From the NCBI GenBank assembly GCA_023515725.1, contig JALDTO010000246.1:92677-156676 (forward strand): a stretch of DNA of 64,000 nt, written 5' to 3'. Positions 1 to 14,096 of the stretch are shown in pieces. Within the stretch, counting starts at the first letter, position 1. Each line of letters opens with the position of its first letter. The notes beneath the pieces are model-generated. The model was not told the DNA's origin and ran no database searches. It saw only the letters and a program-made list of their open reading frames with translations. Both the position numbers and the translations under genes were made by a program. This stretch comes from Amoeboaphelidium protococcarum X5. Lineage: Eukaryota > Fungi > Aphelidiomycota.

Positions 1-48
1 AATGATAGTATTTGTATATCGAAAAGAGCGATGTTGAATTCATTATAA

Positions 49-717
49 TCACTTCTTCTTGGCAGCTTCCTCTTCCTCTTTAGCTTTGGCGCGCTTCTCA
101 CGGACACCAACAAGCTTGGCATCACTCTGAGCCTTACGCAGCTTAGCATACACGCTCTCTTCTGACTTAAAATCAGCAACATTACCGTACTCTACAACAG
201 CACCTCTGATTGATATAGCCTTTGCGTGAACATCAGCATTAACTCTCTTCACCAGCTTGTCAGCAGCAGGAACATCGACAGCCATAGGGGAGCCACGCTT
301 GCTGTTCTTGCTGCGCTTCTTTGGCAAGAGAACAACCTTGGCCTTGTAAGCCTTCAATCTATCAACATTCACAGCGAATCCCTCCACGCTTCTACCCGAG
401 CTTCGTCTGCGGTGATCGACAGCGACACCGTAAGTATTTCTAGCCTCCAGAGCGTTCTTGAATCCGGCAGCCTTAATCTCGTCCAGAGAAAATCCACGTC
501 CCTTACGAACTTTCATGTTGTATCTGACGGTTGGGCAGCGAACGATTGGGCGGAGCAGACCATCGACTGGGCGAGGTGCAATGGCAGAAGCCTTCTCAGC
601 ACGAGCCTGACGACGGCGAATCTTTCTAGCAGGCTGATTAAACCAAGTCTTGACGCGTCTTTACCAATCCTTGCGGAAATGGTTGTTTGGCAACATATTA
701 TTGTGAGCGAAACCCAT
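49..717 (-). CDS. RPL13: 60S ribosomal protein eL13
   Basis: MGFAHNNMLPNNHFRKDW(TAA=Q)RRVKTWFNQP...GRGFSLDEIKAAG...VDHRRR; single frame ending in TGA at 49-51. Confidence 0.97.
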
Positions 718-1793
718 GATTAAATACTGATCCTCTTTTTATAATTATTTATTTTTTATTTAGAGTGGGAGTAGCACCTGGAAAATAATGCGAGAATTAT
801 TAGAGGAGTTTCGCTTTGAAAAGAATAATCGCCAAAATGGACTGATCTCGGTTTCGGTTGAAAATTTGAAATCGCGTCGCTTAGACTGTCAACCAGTGTA
901 ACTAACACGTAAATTGCCATCATCATACACCAATATGTTTCGATTATGGTATATAGTAAATGGGTGATGTAGAGTACGCAATTGTATTAGTCTGAGATGT
1001 TTTGATGCGGCTCTTCATGCGTATTTACACCTTGACATAGCGTAGTCGAACCATCAGAGAATGCAATCTTTTACCTTTTGCTCTATGTCAAACATTTTCA
1101 TTGAGCTCGAATGCATGTTCGATTTGAAGCTCAAGTTGTCTATAAACGGAATAGAATATTGATCAAATTTCAGCTCATAATTTTTTTTGTTTTGAATTCG
1201 ATACTGATGTTGATTCCCAGTTGTTCATTCAATTGCAGCTTGAAATTCTTTCCTTGAAAGATCAGCGCTCTGTCTATTCCTTTCTATTTTCTTTTATCGT
1301 CCAAAGTATATTCACTAAAACTATGAGCACATAGAGCGTAGATTATACATTTTAGGGGACGCCAAGTTAGACTAATCCATTGTATGGACTGAATCCTATT
1401 CATGGCAAATGTTTGGGCTTTTTCACAGAATATTAAAAGTGCTACATCTAGGCAGACATCCCCGAGAAGGAGTGCCGTCTGTGGCAAGAGGATTACGCTG
1501 AATGTAAAATGCGAGTCAAAGAGGTAATTTTCATATTACATGTGTATAATTTATTTGTTTTAATTTTGTATTATCGTATGGTAGAAGTCAAGAATTAAAG
1601 CTATAGCTATGGAACGAGAGAAATAGTTGAAATTGTAGAAATAAAGCTCTTGAATGTATCAGCGTTTGTCTTATGTTGATTTCCCTGTGTTGATATCTCT
1701 TCATCGCTCTTTATAGTTTTTACTACATTATCATCAAATTTATTTCACTCATATATAGTTATAAAGTTAATATTTTATAAAGTCAACAATTAC

Positions 1794-3680
1794 ATGTAAT
1801 AATAGATGGCTTTAAATACTACGAGAAGATACACCACTAAAGTTTTGAACAAGTATTCACGCGTTATCACTTAGCCTAGGAGTCAAGGTGCTTCGTAGGC
1901 CATGCTTCATGCAACAGGATTAACTGATTAGGGACTGAATCGAGCATAGGTGGCAATCGCTAGTCAATGGTTTGAAGGGAATCCTTGTAATATGCATTTG
2001 AATGATCTTGCTGGTGTAATCAAGTAGAGTATTTTGGATTACAATCATTAATCAGATGAGGATAAGGATCGGTTGCACGCGATTAGATTCACGACTGTAT
2101 CAACTTCTGATGGAATATCCATGTCAACTTCTGGTATGCTTAACTCGCTCCCATCTAGAGAGATCATTGCGGATAGTATCGAGTGTGTGATGAAGGGTAT
2201 GTGGTATGATGGCCTGGTATGTGTTCCCGGATGTGATAAGAACATGCCTGGAGCATTGATCGGCATGCTCAGAGTTAATCGCCCATCTATGGTCGTCTAT
2301 GGTGGCACTATACGTAAGGGATGCATGTCGGCTGGTGATGACAATGGCTCGTCATAAGATTTGGATGTTGTTAGTGCATTCCAGTCATATGGGGAATACA
2401 TGAGCGGTAAGATTGACGATAATCAACGACGAGCTATTGTGAGAAATGCATGTCCAGGTGCCGGTTCTTGTGGCGGTATGTACACGGCCAACACGATGGC
2501 ATCTGCGATCGAAGCCCTTGGATTAGCACTACCTTATTCTGCTAGTTCTCCTGCAACGTCAAGTGAGAAGATGGATGAGTGTCGACGCGTTGGTGAGACA
2601 ATGTACAATCTATTGGCGACGGACCTCAAGCCACGAGATATAGTGACAAAGCAGAGTTTACAGAATGCCATAAGATTGGTGATTGCTCTTGGTGGATCGA
2701 CGAATGCTGTGCTTCATCTGTTGGCAGTTGCTAAAGCTGCACACGTTCATGATCTCAAGTTGGACAACTTCTAGCGCCTAAGTGATAAGACACCTTTCAT
2801 AGCCGACTTGAAGCCTAGCGGTAAGTATATGATGGAAGATCTTCACGGGGATGGTGGTATACCTGCAGTTATGAAATACTTGCTGGATGAGTAAATGCTT
2901 GATGGCAATTGTATGACCATCACTGGCAAGACTTTGGCAGAGAATTTGTCTTCTGTTCGCGCGCTACCAACTCCAACGTCTAATACAATTATTCGTCCTA
3001 TAAGTGAGCCAATTAAGAGCACTGGTCACATTTGTATTCTCAAGGGAAACTTGGCTCCTCTTGGATCTGTTGCAAAGATAACTGGTAAAGAAGGGACTGT
3101 ATTCACTGGTAAAGCTAAATGTTTCAACTCTGAAAAGGCCATGTTACTCGCGTTGTAGAGATCTCATGTTGCTAATTAACTTCGCGGTAACATAAACGTT
3201 TCAACCGAGGGTGATGAAGTACCAGAACCTATTGGTGATTTCAACAAGGTCGATGAAAATGACAATTCTTTAATCGAGAAAGGAGATGTGATTATAATTC
3301 GGTATGTTGGGCCGAGAGGAGGTCCTGGCATGCCAGAGATGTTGTCACCAACTAGCGCTATTATGGGTGCGGGCCTTGGTAAAGACGTTGCACTGCTTAC
3401 AGACGCGAGATTTAGTGGTGGCTCACATGGCTTCATTGTTGGACACGTTACACCTGAAGCATTCGTTGGCGGACCGATCGCTCTTGTCCAGAACGGTGAC
3501 ACTGTGACGATTGATGCTGAGAAGAGAGAGATTAACGTGCACATTGATTCTGAGGAGCTCCGTAAAAGAAAAGAGAAGTGGCAACCACGTCCGCCGAATT
3601 ACTTTGCATAAGAAGGCCTATTGCGTAAATATTCCAAATTGGTCAGTGATGCTAGCAGCGGGTGCGTGACTGATTAGTGA
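1794..3680 (+). CDS. ILV3: dihydroxy-acid dehydratase
   Basis: LNKYSRVIT(Q)PRSQGAS(Q)[61 protein letters not shown]. All fragments are in one frame joined by UAR=Gln. The start could also be ATG 1806. Confidence 0.96.
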
Positions 3681-3970
3681 GCACTTTGTTGCAACACTTA
3701 TTCATAAATTGATTTGAAGATTTAAGTTGACAATGCTTCTACTGTATGCGAATATCGACAATTTTTCCTTTAATATTTATTTGTAAAAGACTTGCGCTGG
3801 TTCACTTCCAAATGTCGGAAATAAGTTCAGAAATGTTCGATCCGTGCAATACTCTATTCAAAGAGCGGAGAAGAGATCTTACACTGGACGTTTGCCAACT
3901 ATCCAATGATCTTGGACCATCTTTGCGTAAATTGTCAGATGAAGGGAATATTAAAATACACTACAGAGGG

Positions 3971-4600
3971 TCAATCAATTAGCCGTAAATTCATCATTAA
4001 TTAAAGATAAATATCAGAACCGATTCCTACTATCACGACAGCCTTCAGCTTTAAATCCTACTTGCCAACAGATGGTGTCTTCCTACCACCATTTGTTATA
4101 CTAATTGACCGTTACTGCTTCAGAATCTTCTGCTCGTCTTCACCTGCAATAAGAGCAGAATCTATGTACATGCATAGTCCGGCATATTTGGCGCGTAGTA
4201 AATGTTTGAAAGCTTTAGGGTATTGCTATTTCAGCCACTTTCCATACTAAACTTCAATCCCCATCTCGATTTGGTAAAATTCAGAACGAATAAATGATGA
4301 TATAATGGGGGAAAAGCTGGTAAAGATCAAAATAGTGGCGATAGAGAATATTAACATACTTATTACAACGACACTTTTTCCAAAAATGTGGTGAGCCTTC
4401 ATGTCTATGTAGTATAGAAAAGACATAGAGTAGAGCCACTCGTATGAGTTACATGAAACGAAAGCAAAGACGTATAAAATTTACAGAACAGTAATTAGGA
4501 TTGTTCTCTCTGAGCGCATAAAATAGATATTATCGCAAGAAGAAAAAGCTTGAAACTACTTGCGCTGATCTATGAGAAAAGTAGATAGAGCAGGGACCAT
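3971..4600 (-). CDS. hypothetical membrane protein (~209 aa)
   Basis: ATG-to-TGA open frame under UAR=Gln with hydrophobic segments; no family recognised. Confidence 0.4.
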
Positions 4601-6469
4601 AATAATAAATTTCTCTTTTGAACTTCACTTTGTGGCTACTTTAGATATACAATCCTCACGGTACACCGTTTGAATTTGAACTCAAAGTCTAGGCCCGGTC
4701 GGCCCGTTTCAGCGACGAGCGCGCGCTATTAATTCCCAATTGGGACTACCACTCACACTCACGAAGCATGCTCCAACTCAACACTCATTCTGGAGTACCA
4801 TTGATATTAGTAGCAATCGAGAGATCGTTCTCTGATAAGGTAGATGAGCTTATTCCCAAAGTAATCGATCAAGAACTGACCAAGTTGCCATTTGGTGGTG
4901 GCCGTTTCACTCAAGCCCCGTTTCAGATCTGAAACCATCGCACCATATCCCACAATCAAACAATCCCACTCTCACTCTCTTCTTCACTTTTATTATCACT
5001 CTTCATCCAAGAACATTTTCCCATGGTTGATATCTCGCTGTGCATCCTATCTGCGATACTTATGCTACTCGATGGAGGTCTCGGTATCCTTTGCTCATCG
5101 CTCGCTGGTGGTTCTGCTGTCTCTCGGCCTCTGTATGTGAAACGATCCGCTTACTGTCCTGCTCTGGTTGGTCTCAGTCTGCTACTGCCTTAAAGTTTGG
5201 TACACATCCATCTGTATGGTTTCTGTGCATTGCTTGGGTAAGTCCCTCTATATACTGCGATTCTCTCAAGTTTGGTTTGGTTTGGTGTGATGCATACTGT
5301 GTCTTGGTGGTGGCTCTCTCGCTCTCTGCCGCCTCAAAGCTTCCCTCAATCTCTCTTCTCTCTCAAGGCTTACTTTGATTCCTTTTTACTCTCATGCTGC
5401 TACTCGATGACATCTGGTTACAAGGCTTTTATACAAGGTTGGTAGCTCTCTGATGTTTTCCAATACTGCTGTTCCTCTTGTTGCTGGACTATTGTTGCTG
5501 GAGTACAAGGCTTCTAATCATTGGTCTCTTTTATCCGGTAAACTTATTTATACAGACTTGTACTGTTTTGTTTTATTCATTACTACTGTATTTGTGTAGG
5601 TTGCCGCTACGATGTCAGTTTAGAAGAAGTTTTCAAGATTGTAACAGAAGCCTCTCAGTTTATTCAGGCTCTGCGTGTAGTGTCACTCGTTCGGTGTTTC
5701 ACTCAGGTCTAATGTTGCATGAATCGCTTACTAGTATGCTAAAAACTACTTAGTCGGTTTATGGTGGTATGAGTCCGCAAGCTGAAGGCCGATTCAGTAT
5801 AGTGTCCTCATATGAGCTTTTGACTCTATCTCTAATTACCAGGGGACTTCACAAGGCGGTTGATTACAATGACTACGAAGAAATGCTGTAACTCCAAAAG
5901 GTTACTTGTAGCTCCAGCTTAACTGCAGCTTCATTGTTGCTTGAACTGACGCCAAGATCTGTGCTTAATAATGTCTCAATTTACCGTGATTAATGTGCCG
6001 CTGCTCCTTCATGTCGTCTGGATTATCTGCTTTTGCTTCTGCTGCGCCATGTTCTTGCTAAGTGTTTGTGTGTTGGATCTCTGTCTCGAAGTCATATGGT
6101 TTATCTACCCTTTGACATTAATTTTAATTGATGCTGGAAAGGCTTTGTTTATTGGGCCATTGCTTCTCAATGTCGAATGTATGTGCTACACTCTCTCATC
6201 GTTCATAGACCGGGTGCACTGTCTGGTAGTTGCTCTATTAGCTGCCTCTCAAGTGACTCTTAACTGGGTCATTCTGAATTGGTATATACATAGCTCATAT
6301 TTGCCTGACATCAATAAAGACTTGGTCTCGTGAGATAAGAAGTGGAGGCCAAGTCAAGGCTACATAAAAGAGTCTTATTATAAAATTGAATTAGTCGTTT
6401 TTTTAAAGGTCTGCTGGACTGTAAAAAGGACATAGTCCATGGTCTGCACTAATCGATGCCTTAATCCTC

Positions 6470-7300
6470 TCACTAAGAGAGTCAATGGTAAAGAATATCT
6501 ATGAAAGATCTCTGAATAATGATGGCAGTAGAAAGTCTAAAATTTATCAGTTCACCCTAAATACTAATGGGTTTAAAGTTATCACCACATGGAGTCCTCT
6601 GCTCCGTGAAATAAAAAGGTCGTCTAACACCATTTGCTTCTCGATAGCTGGTTGAAATTTTCTCATACTGGTAGTCTCCGTCCTCTGGTTTATGTGCTGG
6701 TAGATGGAGCTTGTGTTGGTTCTATAGTGCTGGTTTGTACTAAGGCAGCAGCAGAGGTCATGCTTACCTTTCTATTGAACCGCAGTTACCAGTTGGGTTG
6801 AGTTTCTTGTCTAATGGCTATGAGAAGGCTAAATGGTTATAAAAAGTTGAGCTAGCCAGCTGGGCATCCTGGCATTGCTCTAAAAAATAGAAATGGTGCC
6901 TAAAGTTAGAGAGCCTCACAGAATAAGTCTTCCTGTGAGTTGGCTCATCCTTATTTAAAGTTGCCCTTATACTAATGGGCGTGAGAATTGATTTGATTTA
7001 GCACAGAGTTCCTCTGCTCTGTGTCGTCTGGTGGCGTCTTGACTTTTCCTATCTTCTTTGCTTGCTAGAGTGTCTCCTCCTGGAAGTCTCCTTCGGCTGG
7101 TTTATTTGCTGGTGGATGGGGCTCGTGCTGGTCCAGTAGTGCTGGTCTGTGCCATGGCGGTAGCAGAGGTTATGCTGTCATTCTATTGGATCGCTGCTTC
7201 TCAGGTTGGTGATTACTCTGGCTATCTGGCGAAGAGGTGCTGGACGGGTTCTTGTCATATCAAAGTACTTATGGTCATAAAAGGGCCATGAGTAGCTGGG
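6470..7300. repeat. diverged tandem duplication of ~410 bp
   Basis: 6661-6790 aligns with 7075-7210 (ggtagtctcc...gcagaggtcatgct versus ggaagtctcc...gcagaggttatgct); 6545-6605 aligns with 6955-7020. Confidence 0.75.
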
Positions 7301-8034
7301 TGTTTGGCTGGTGGGCCGGTGTTGGCCGTAAAGAAAAGCTGGTTGGTTGGTGGGTTGGGGGATGGAAGGTTGGGTCGGTGTTGGCCATAGAAGAAAGCTG
7401 AGTGGGTGGTGGCTGGTGAAGGCCGAAAATTAGATGCCCGGCAAAGTGCTGGGTTTGGAGTGGGCTGCTGGCCCGGGTGGTGTAATTAAATTGGCGCGCG
7501 GGTCTCTCTTATAGCTGAATACCGACAAGGACTGCATAATCTAAATCTTTCTGGCCAGCTGTTGGATAAAAATCTGAATCCACTGTCTGTCGACCAAGTT
7601 ATGGTGGCTGGCCAATGAAATTGCTCTGTCCTGGTGTTGCTAACTACTTGCATGCTTGATCCGCGCGCCGCCTTGGTATTGGTCAAAAAATCCACTGGCT
7701 ATATAAAAATTTTAATACAAGTCAGTGCCAATACCAAGGTTATAAAAATTTGAGCTGGTGGAAGATGACAAAGACTGAGTCTAGATGGCCTTGCAGAGTT
7801 TATTTAATACCTGAGCACTTAATTGGCCTGACTCCTAGATTTGATAATTCTGTCTCTTCCTCTACCATAAGTCTCACACATTTGGATGAATGATAATACA
7901 AGGCATGCTGTATTGCTTCATCCTCGGTTCTCTCACTCGTCTTGCTTGTGTAGCTTTGCTGGTCTTATATCCCATTATCTCTCTTTGACTGGCGAGCTGC
8001 AAAAAATCTCGAAATAGTCTCTTATCTCATTGCC

Positions 8035-8280
8035 GCTGGTGCCGTAGTTTAGATTCAAAGGCATCTTTGGCTGGTCCCTATCATCATTTGTATGTAGCGC
8101 CGCAGTCTATTCTTATTGGCGTTACTGCAAGAGTCATCCTCTCTCTCTCTCTCGCTATTCCCCTCCTCTTCGTAGTCACTGGTGCCGTAGTTTAGATTCA
8201 TAGGCATCTTTGGCGGGTCCTTGTCATTGTTTGCACGTGGCGCCGTAGTCCATTCGCATAGGCGTCACTGCAAGAGTAAT
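8035..8280. repeat. diverged tandem duplication of ~100 bp
   Basis: ctggtgccgtagtttagattca(a/t)aggcatctttggc...actgcaagagt occurs at ~8036-8134 and ~8179-8277. Confidence 0.85.
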
Positions 8281-9549
8281 ACTGTGCTTCCGTAGTTCAT
8301 ATCATCTGTATTATAGTCATTCATTCATTGGAAGCACAGTAGAGTCACATCATACTAGATAATAGATTTCTCCATTCGAAGTTTGTCAAGACGCCTGTCT
8401 GCTCTGTAGTCTACAGTTAAGAGTTGACTAGATCTCCTTGGCAAGAGTTTATATTATTATTATTACATTAAGATGCATTGCTGCTGTGATTCTTCTCACA
8501 ATCGAGTTTGCCAGAAGTTCTGTGTTGGTTAGGTCTGTCTATAACTTCTCTGATGGTCCTCTCAACTACTTGGTAACACAGTCATACGAACTTTTCTCCT
8601 GTTGGCAACTCTTTCTCTCAGCTGCATCCTCATCATAAAAAAACGAAAGTGCTGCTCAGCGCTAAAGCAATGAATATAAAAAACCAGTAAATTTAATTAC
8701 TACCAAATCTCTACTTCTTTACTTGAACATTCTACTGTACTTCAACGCTGCTTTAAATGTTTATGAGTGCTTTATAGACTTGATAAACTGGACCTAGTTT
8801 ACTAAGCAAACGTGCGTATCAGTCTCTTGGCTTCAATTTGAGCAAGCGTTGCAGAAAGTTGATGACCATAAAAGCTCATTTGTATCAACTGGTAAGCATG
8901 GTAAAAAACAATATGCATGATTAACGCAATAGCCCGGTTTGGTTTCACGGACTTTGTGATGGGTGTAGTCATTGAGTGAAGGAAGCGGATCACTTGACCA
9001 GCAATACGACCGAGTATGAGACATCCATCAGCGGGAGAGCCCACATATTGAGACATTAAGGGGACCAAGAACGAGACACAGAAGATTGAACGTCAGATTG
9101 CGCGGCGACTGATGTAGAAGCAGAAGTTTTGTGTACATGAATCTTGAACTAGACTGTATTACATGCACATGTATATCAGAGAATTTACGAGGTTATACAC
9201 AATGATTTCACAGAGTAAAAGTTCAAACGGACTAAGGATCTAGATAGCTTTAAACTTCTAAATGACCCTGATTCAGTCATTACGTATAGTAACGATCTGG
9301 TTAGTAATAATTTCTCGAGGACATGTACAAGCTATGTGAATTTCATATCTACACCATGGGATTGCGATCTTTGGAAATTGGGCTGATCGCACCAAGTCAG
9401 TTTAGATCCGCAATAAGCTCTGCAGGAGATCCTCGACTCATCGCTAATCAAACGAGTAAATACTGCGCAATTAATGACGCGAAATAACGATCGCCCTTTT
9501 TAATAGCAAATAAGCCACTTCCTCAGGTGAAACTAATCTAATCAAAAGA

Positions 9550-10210
9550 ATGGACGCAGCTCATCTGGCAAAAGAGTGCCGTATAGCTTACAGATGGAGT
9601 AGGAGAGACTCTGCATATTACGTGAGTGAATTTTTGGATGCCCTTGAAAGCGTATGCTAGAGACTTTGATGGAACAAGAATATCGCCACCGGAGATTATT
9701 GACAAGGTATGGCTCGTTGCACTATTAGAGACAAAGGAGTATTCTGATTATTGCCTACGGGTGTGAGGAGTCCCATTCATCCACCACAGTTCTAAGCGAG
9801 TATATGATGACTAACGATCGTTATTGGAGAGGAGATAGAACACATTGACCCTATTTGATTAGAAATGGCCAGGTGAACGTGACGCGTCCTTGTGGTACTT
9901 TCCCGCTCATGGATTCTCTACTCGTGTAAGATAAAATGTAGCACTATCAAGTCGTCACTAATCGTAGACATCATAGCGGATTTGTTTGTTCGTGAAAACT
10001 CTTACTGGAATGACATACAATATCTCTTTGCGAGACTCCTCTACAGTTGAGACCTTGAAAAAGAAGATATCTCAAGTGGCAGGAACTCCTACTTGGAAGC
10101 AACGTTTGATCTTTTAGGGCCGGCAACTTGATGATGAGAGAACTTTAAGGTCATTCGATATTAGACAACACTCTACCCTGCATCTAGTATTACGTTTAAG
10201 AGGATGTTGA
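9550..10210 (+). pseudogene. GRDP/DUF1399-like N-terminal domain fused to a C-terminal ubiquitin-like domain (ends LRLRGC); disrupted
   Basis: Paralog of 10591-11262 with an ~8-nt frameshifting deletion at ~9634 and an in-frame TGA at ~9764. C-terminus LFVKTLTG...[16 protein letters not shown]...[12 protein letters not shown]. Confidence 0.8.
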
Positions 10211-10590
10211 AATCTTTATTGTGATTGCGAATGTTCAATCAATATATGGTTTTGCTTTGTTTCATGGTGCCGCAATCGGCTGAATATCGCACGAGGGTGT
10301 TTCCTCAAGTTGGCACCAAAGGCTACGACTATGAGTATAATTCATTTCTATTGGTTGACTAGGCGTCTTTAGTCTTAACCATTTAGCTTCTCATAATATG
10401 CGTGTCTAAGGTTACAATTTACCTTTTCTCCGCATTCCATATACAGTACTGCACTTGCACTGACAAAGTTGGCAACGTCAAAATAGCGCATACGCGCATT
10501 TGTTTCTTCTTGTACTTAATCGTTTCACAATAACATTTTTCACAACTCTTTATATCTCATTACTTTGTAAATCTGTATCACAATCCCAAA

Positions 10591-11262
10591 ATGGACTCTG
10601 GACACTTAGCGAGAGAATGTAGTCGAGTTTACAACTGGAATAGAAAAGATTCTGCTTATTACGTGAGTGAATTTATCAATTATTGGCTCCCACTGAAAGC
10701 GCTTGCAAAGGATTTCGATGCTACAAAGTTGTCACCGCCTTATATTATCGATCAAGAATGGCATCTGGCACTGCGGGATAGCTAGGAATACAGCGATCAC
10801 TGCACCAAGATTTTATAGACAGAACAGCTAATTCATCATAGTAGTAAAAGAGCTTATGACGATATCAAGACCTTGACTGAGAGAAGATAGCGTACGCTGG
10901 ACCTGTATGATGAGCTTTATCCAGGTGAACAGGATGAAACGTTATGGAAGTTGCCCACTGAATCACCAAGTGAAATGGCACCGGGCAAGTCTGAGAAGAC
11001 TAATAAGCGTTAAAGGACCGAACCTGAGGATTTAGTATAGTTTGAAGTTAGAAATTCAAAGGGTGTTCATTTCAAGTTAAACATACTCGGGTCTACAAAA
11101 CTCGAAGCTGTATTATTAGCATTGTCAACTCGCCTGGGTATTCAATACGAAATGATCCGCATGTTTGACAGGGCAGGTTAAAGACTACACTCGCACAAGT
11201 CGCTGCTAGATAATGGTATTGAAGATAATGACATAATAGAAACAAGAATAGAAGTACGCTGA
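10591..11262 (+). CDS. GRDP/DUF1399-like domain plus C-terminal SUMO/Ubl-like domain protein
   Basis: SPPYIIDQEWHLAL...Y..HC...IHH motif; C-terminal FKLNILGSTKLEAV...IRMFDRAGQRL...GIEDNDII resembles SUMO/Ubl. Confidence 0.7.
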
Positions 11263-11405
11263 TGTTGAATATTAAGAATATCTATTACTGAGTTACCAGT
11301 GGTTAAGAAAGTGAAAGTGTTTTATTCGCAGTAGTGTTTATACAGTTAAAAAGTCTCAAAATAAAGCAAATAATGTAATTTCACTTGATCTTTTGTTTTG
11401 GAAAT

Positions 11406-14096
11406 TCAAAGTTCACGGCTCAATGCTTTGAAGCTGAAAGGAGTAAACGGATGGCCACCACCTTCGTAAAACTTTCCATTGAACTCGACCCAATGCAGAC
11501 GCAACGCGTGTAAGAATGCGGATAATCCCTCCATACCTACTAGGATACCCACAGTCAACTGGAACCACATGTAGAATCCGGCTACAAGCATCACACTAGA
11601 CAGAGTGGACTGAATCGTCATCTCCCACAACACTTCAGAGAGCTACGCATGAGCCAGACTCAGAGCCCAGAGACGCAGATAAGACGCCGTGTTAGATATA
11701 GCACCGAGACAGAACTCGATCGTGTGAATTACCTGATGAATAACAATCTCACCAAACTCAAATTTGCCGCCATGCTCTCCACCACCATGAAAATCGCCGC
11801 TACCATCAGTGATTGAGGCGACATCGGCAATTCCATTTCCGTGCTGTAACTCTGTTGCCGTTGGAAGCAGACTTGCACCAGCAGCAGCAGTACTTGCACC
11901 GCCATTGCCGTCCAGATTAACGTGTACATCCGGCTTGATAACTTCGCTGTCATGGGATCTAGCACCAGGACTGTCACCGCCTATTGTGGTGTATCCCATT
12001 GCAATATTGCGTTGATGTTGCTTGTACAGTTTGTAAGGCTTAACACACAACATCCACGGAACACAAATCACTGCGACGAGTAGCAAAATGGTCTACACGA
12101 CAGCCTGACCACCAAACAGCTCGGTGCCTTCCTTCACACCACCCAATCCGAGGAACATGTAAATCAGAGTATTTAGCAGACTAGGAGGATCATCGCCAGG
12201 CACACGCCATGGATACAACCATTTAAAGATGATCAGGAAGGAGAGATAACCAAAAATACTGAGCATGAACAGCAGTTATGGAATGAACTCGTGATACAAA
12301 TTCAATGGCCGCTTGAAGTATCTACTATTGTAGACAGTCAGAATGATACCAAAGCACATGTGCAGCACACCAATCAGAATAGACTACTTCATCTTGTATG
12401 AATTCAGAAAGAGAAGACTATTATCCGCCTATCTCCATGCGGGATCAATACCAAAGGAATAAGGATACAAGAAAATGGAGTTAAAAGATGACACTTGAGT
12501 AGTCTCATTCTTAAATATCTGAATATCCCAGCCAGAATTCTACATGTACAGCGGCAAAGAGAAGAAGTCATTATAAATCAAGCCTACATACATTGAAAAG
12601 AAGCCCATCAGAAGAACTATATATCTTCCACCAAATACAATAGAGACCATTTCACCGAGCTCCATCTATTCCATCTTCTTTTCGTTCAGCACCAGACATA
12701 GGCCGGCAAAGAACACCAGCAGACCATGACCCAAATCACCAAACATGATGGCGAACAGGAAGGGGAAGGTAATAACAGTGAACAGTCCCGGATTAACTTC
12801 TTTGTACGTTGCTACACCGTATGAATCAATAATCGCCTGAAATCCAAAGGTAAACTTGTTAGTCTTATGATAAGTAGGTGGTTAATCGTGAGTCTACAAC
12901 TGATTAACAATAGGCGGCACAAGCGATCCATTACGTTCACTAACAGAGTGCAGTGCATACTGTACAGCATTTAAAGACTTGCTAGGACACCATCCCTCAG
13001 CTATCAAGCACTTTCTAGTAGAATCATAATTAAACATGTCCATAGAAGAGTATATGGCCTTTTCTTTGCGCACAAACGTGGCCCACTTACCTATGTGACG
13101 ACTGATCACTTTTAGCTCTGCAAGACGCGTTGCACTTCCATTATCGAGGACCATTCTCAAGTCATCCAACTTCACTGTGACGTCTCTCAAAGCTGCAGCA
13201 CGTCTACCTTCATCAACATCGACATCATACACTGTACCTCCGAAAGATTAAGTGATCTTCTTGATCTTGTTAATCAATTCATTTCCATGGGCGAATACAA
13301 TGAACACATTCTTCTCAATCTCTTCCTCACTCACTGGATCGACAATACGTTCAGAGATTTCAGCGTAATCCATAAATACATTACCTCTCAATGCGCGCCA
13401 TAAAATACGCTCAAATACCTGCATCCTGCCGCGGGGAAGAGTACCAGTTACAAATTGTAATCCCGTTGAAGCTGTGGATGATCTATTCCCTGCCTCAACC
13501 TGGTCCAGCAGACTTTCTTCATAATCATCATCATAATTAGACGTTGGTGCATTGAACGAACCACCTCTTCTACCACCACCACTAGACTAAGACTGCTAGG
13601 CAAAAAAGTACTCGCACTCGCGCAGTACCTGACGCAACTCCACCAGTTCTAAATATCTCTTGTTCAACTACTCCTACTAACCATTCATCTACTGCAATCG
13701 CTATTCATACTCCTAAAATGACGACTCTAGCTCTTCCATTTGTTGCATAGATCTACCCTTGACGCCAAATTTATCACCAGCAGATGATGTTGACGCTGGC
13801 GACGAATACATACTAGCGCCATTACTTGGATCAGTCAACTTGTACTGAACATCATTCTTATCCAGTTAAGTCTTGAAGAATCTAAGCAGACGCTCCAAGT
13901 CATCAATACGCTTCAGCTCATTAATAAATGTACGCTGGAAAGCATTCAATCCTGCATTCAAATCTTTAAACTGCACCATACCCAGCTCACCAAGTTCAGC
14001 TACAGAGTCATGAGCCAACTCTGATGGAATATAAAGTTGGACCAGCGACATGGTCTCGCTCCTAAACAGGGAGGACTCTTATTCATTAGCCGCCAT
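11406..14096 (-). CDS. VPH1: V-type ATPase V0 subunit a
   Basis: [76 protein letters not shown]; one frame. Confidence 0.97.

Noticed and set aside
226-723. 165-aa plus-strand ORF
   Set aside because: Antisense shadow of RPL13
1050-1487. Possible small minus-strand gene between RPL13 and ILV3
   Set aside because: The frame closes with TGA near 1170 after a poly-A run; no recognisable domain
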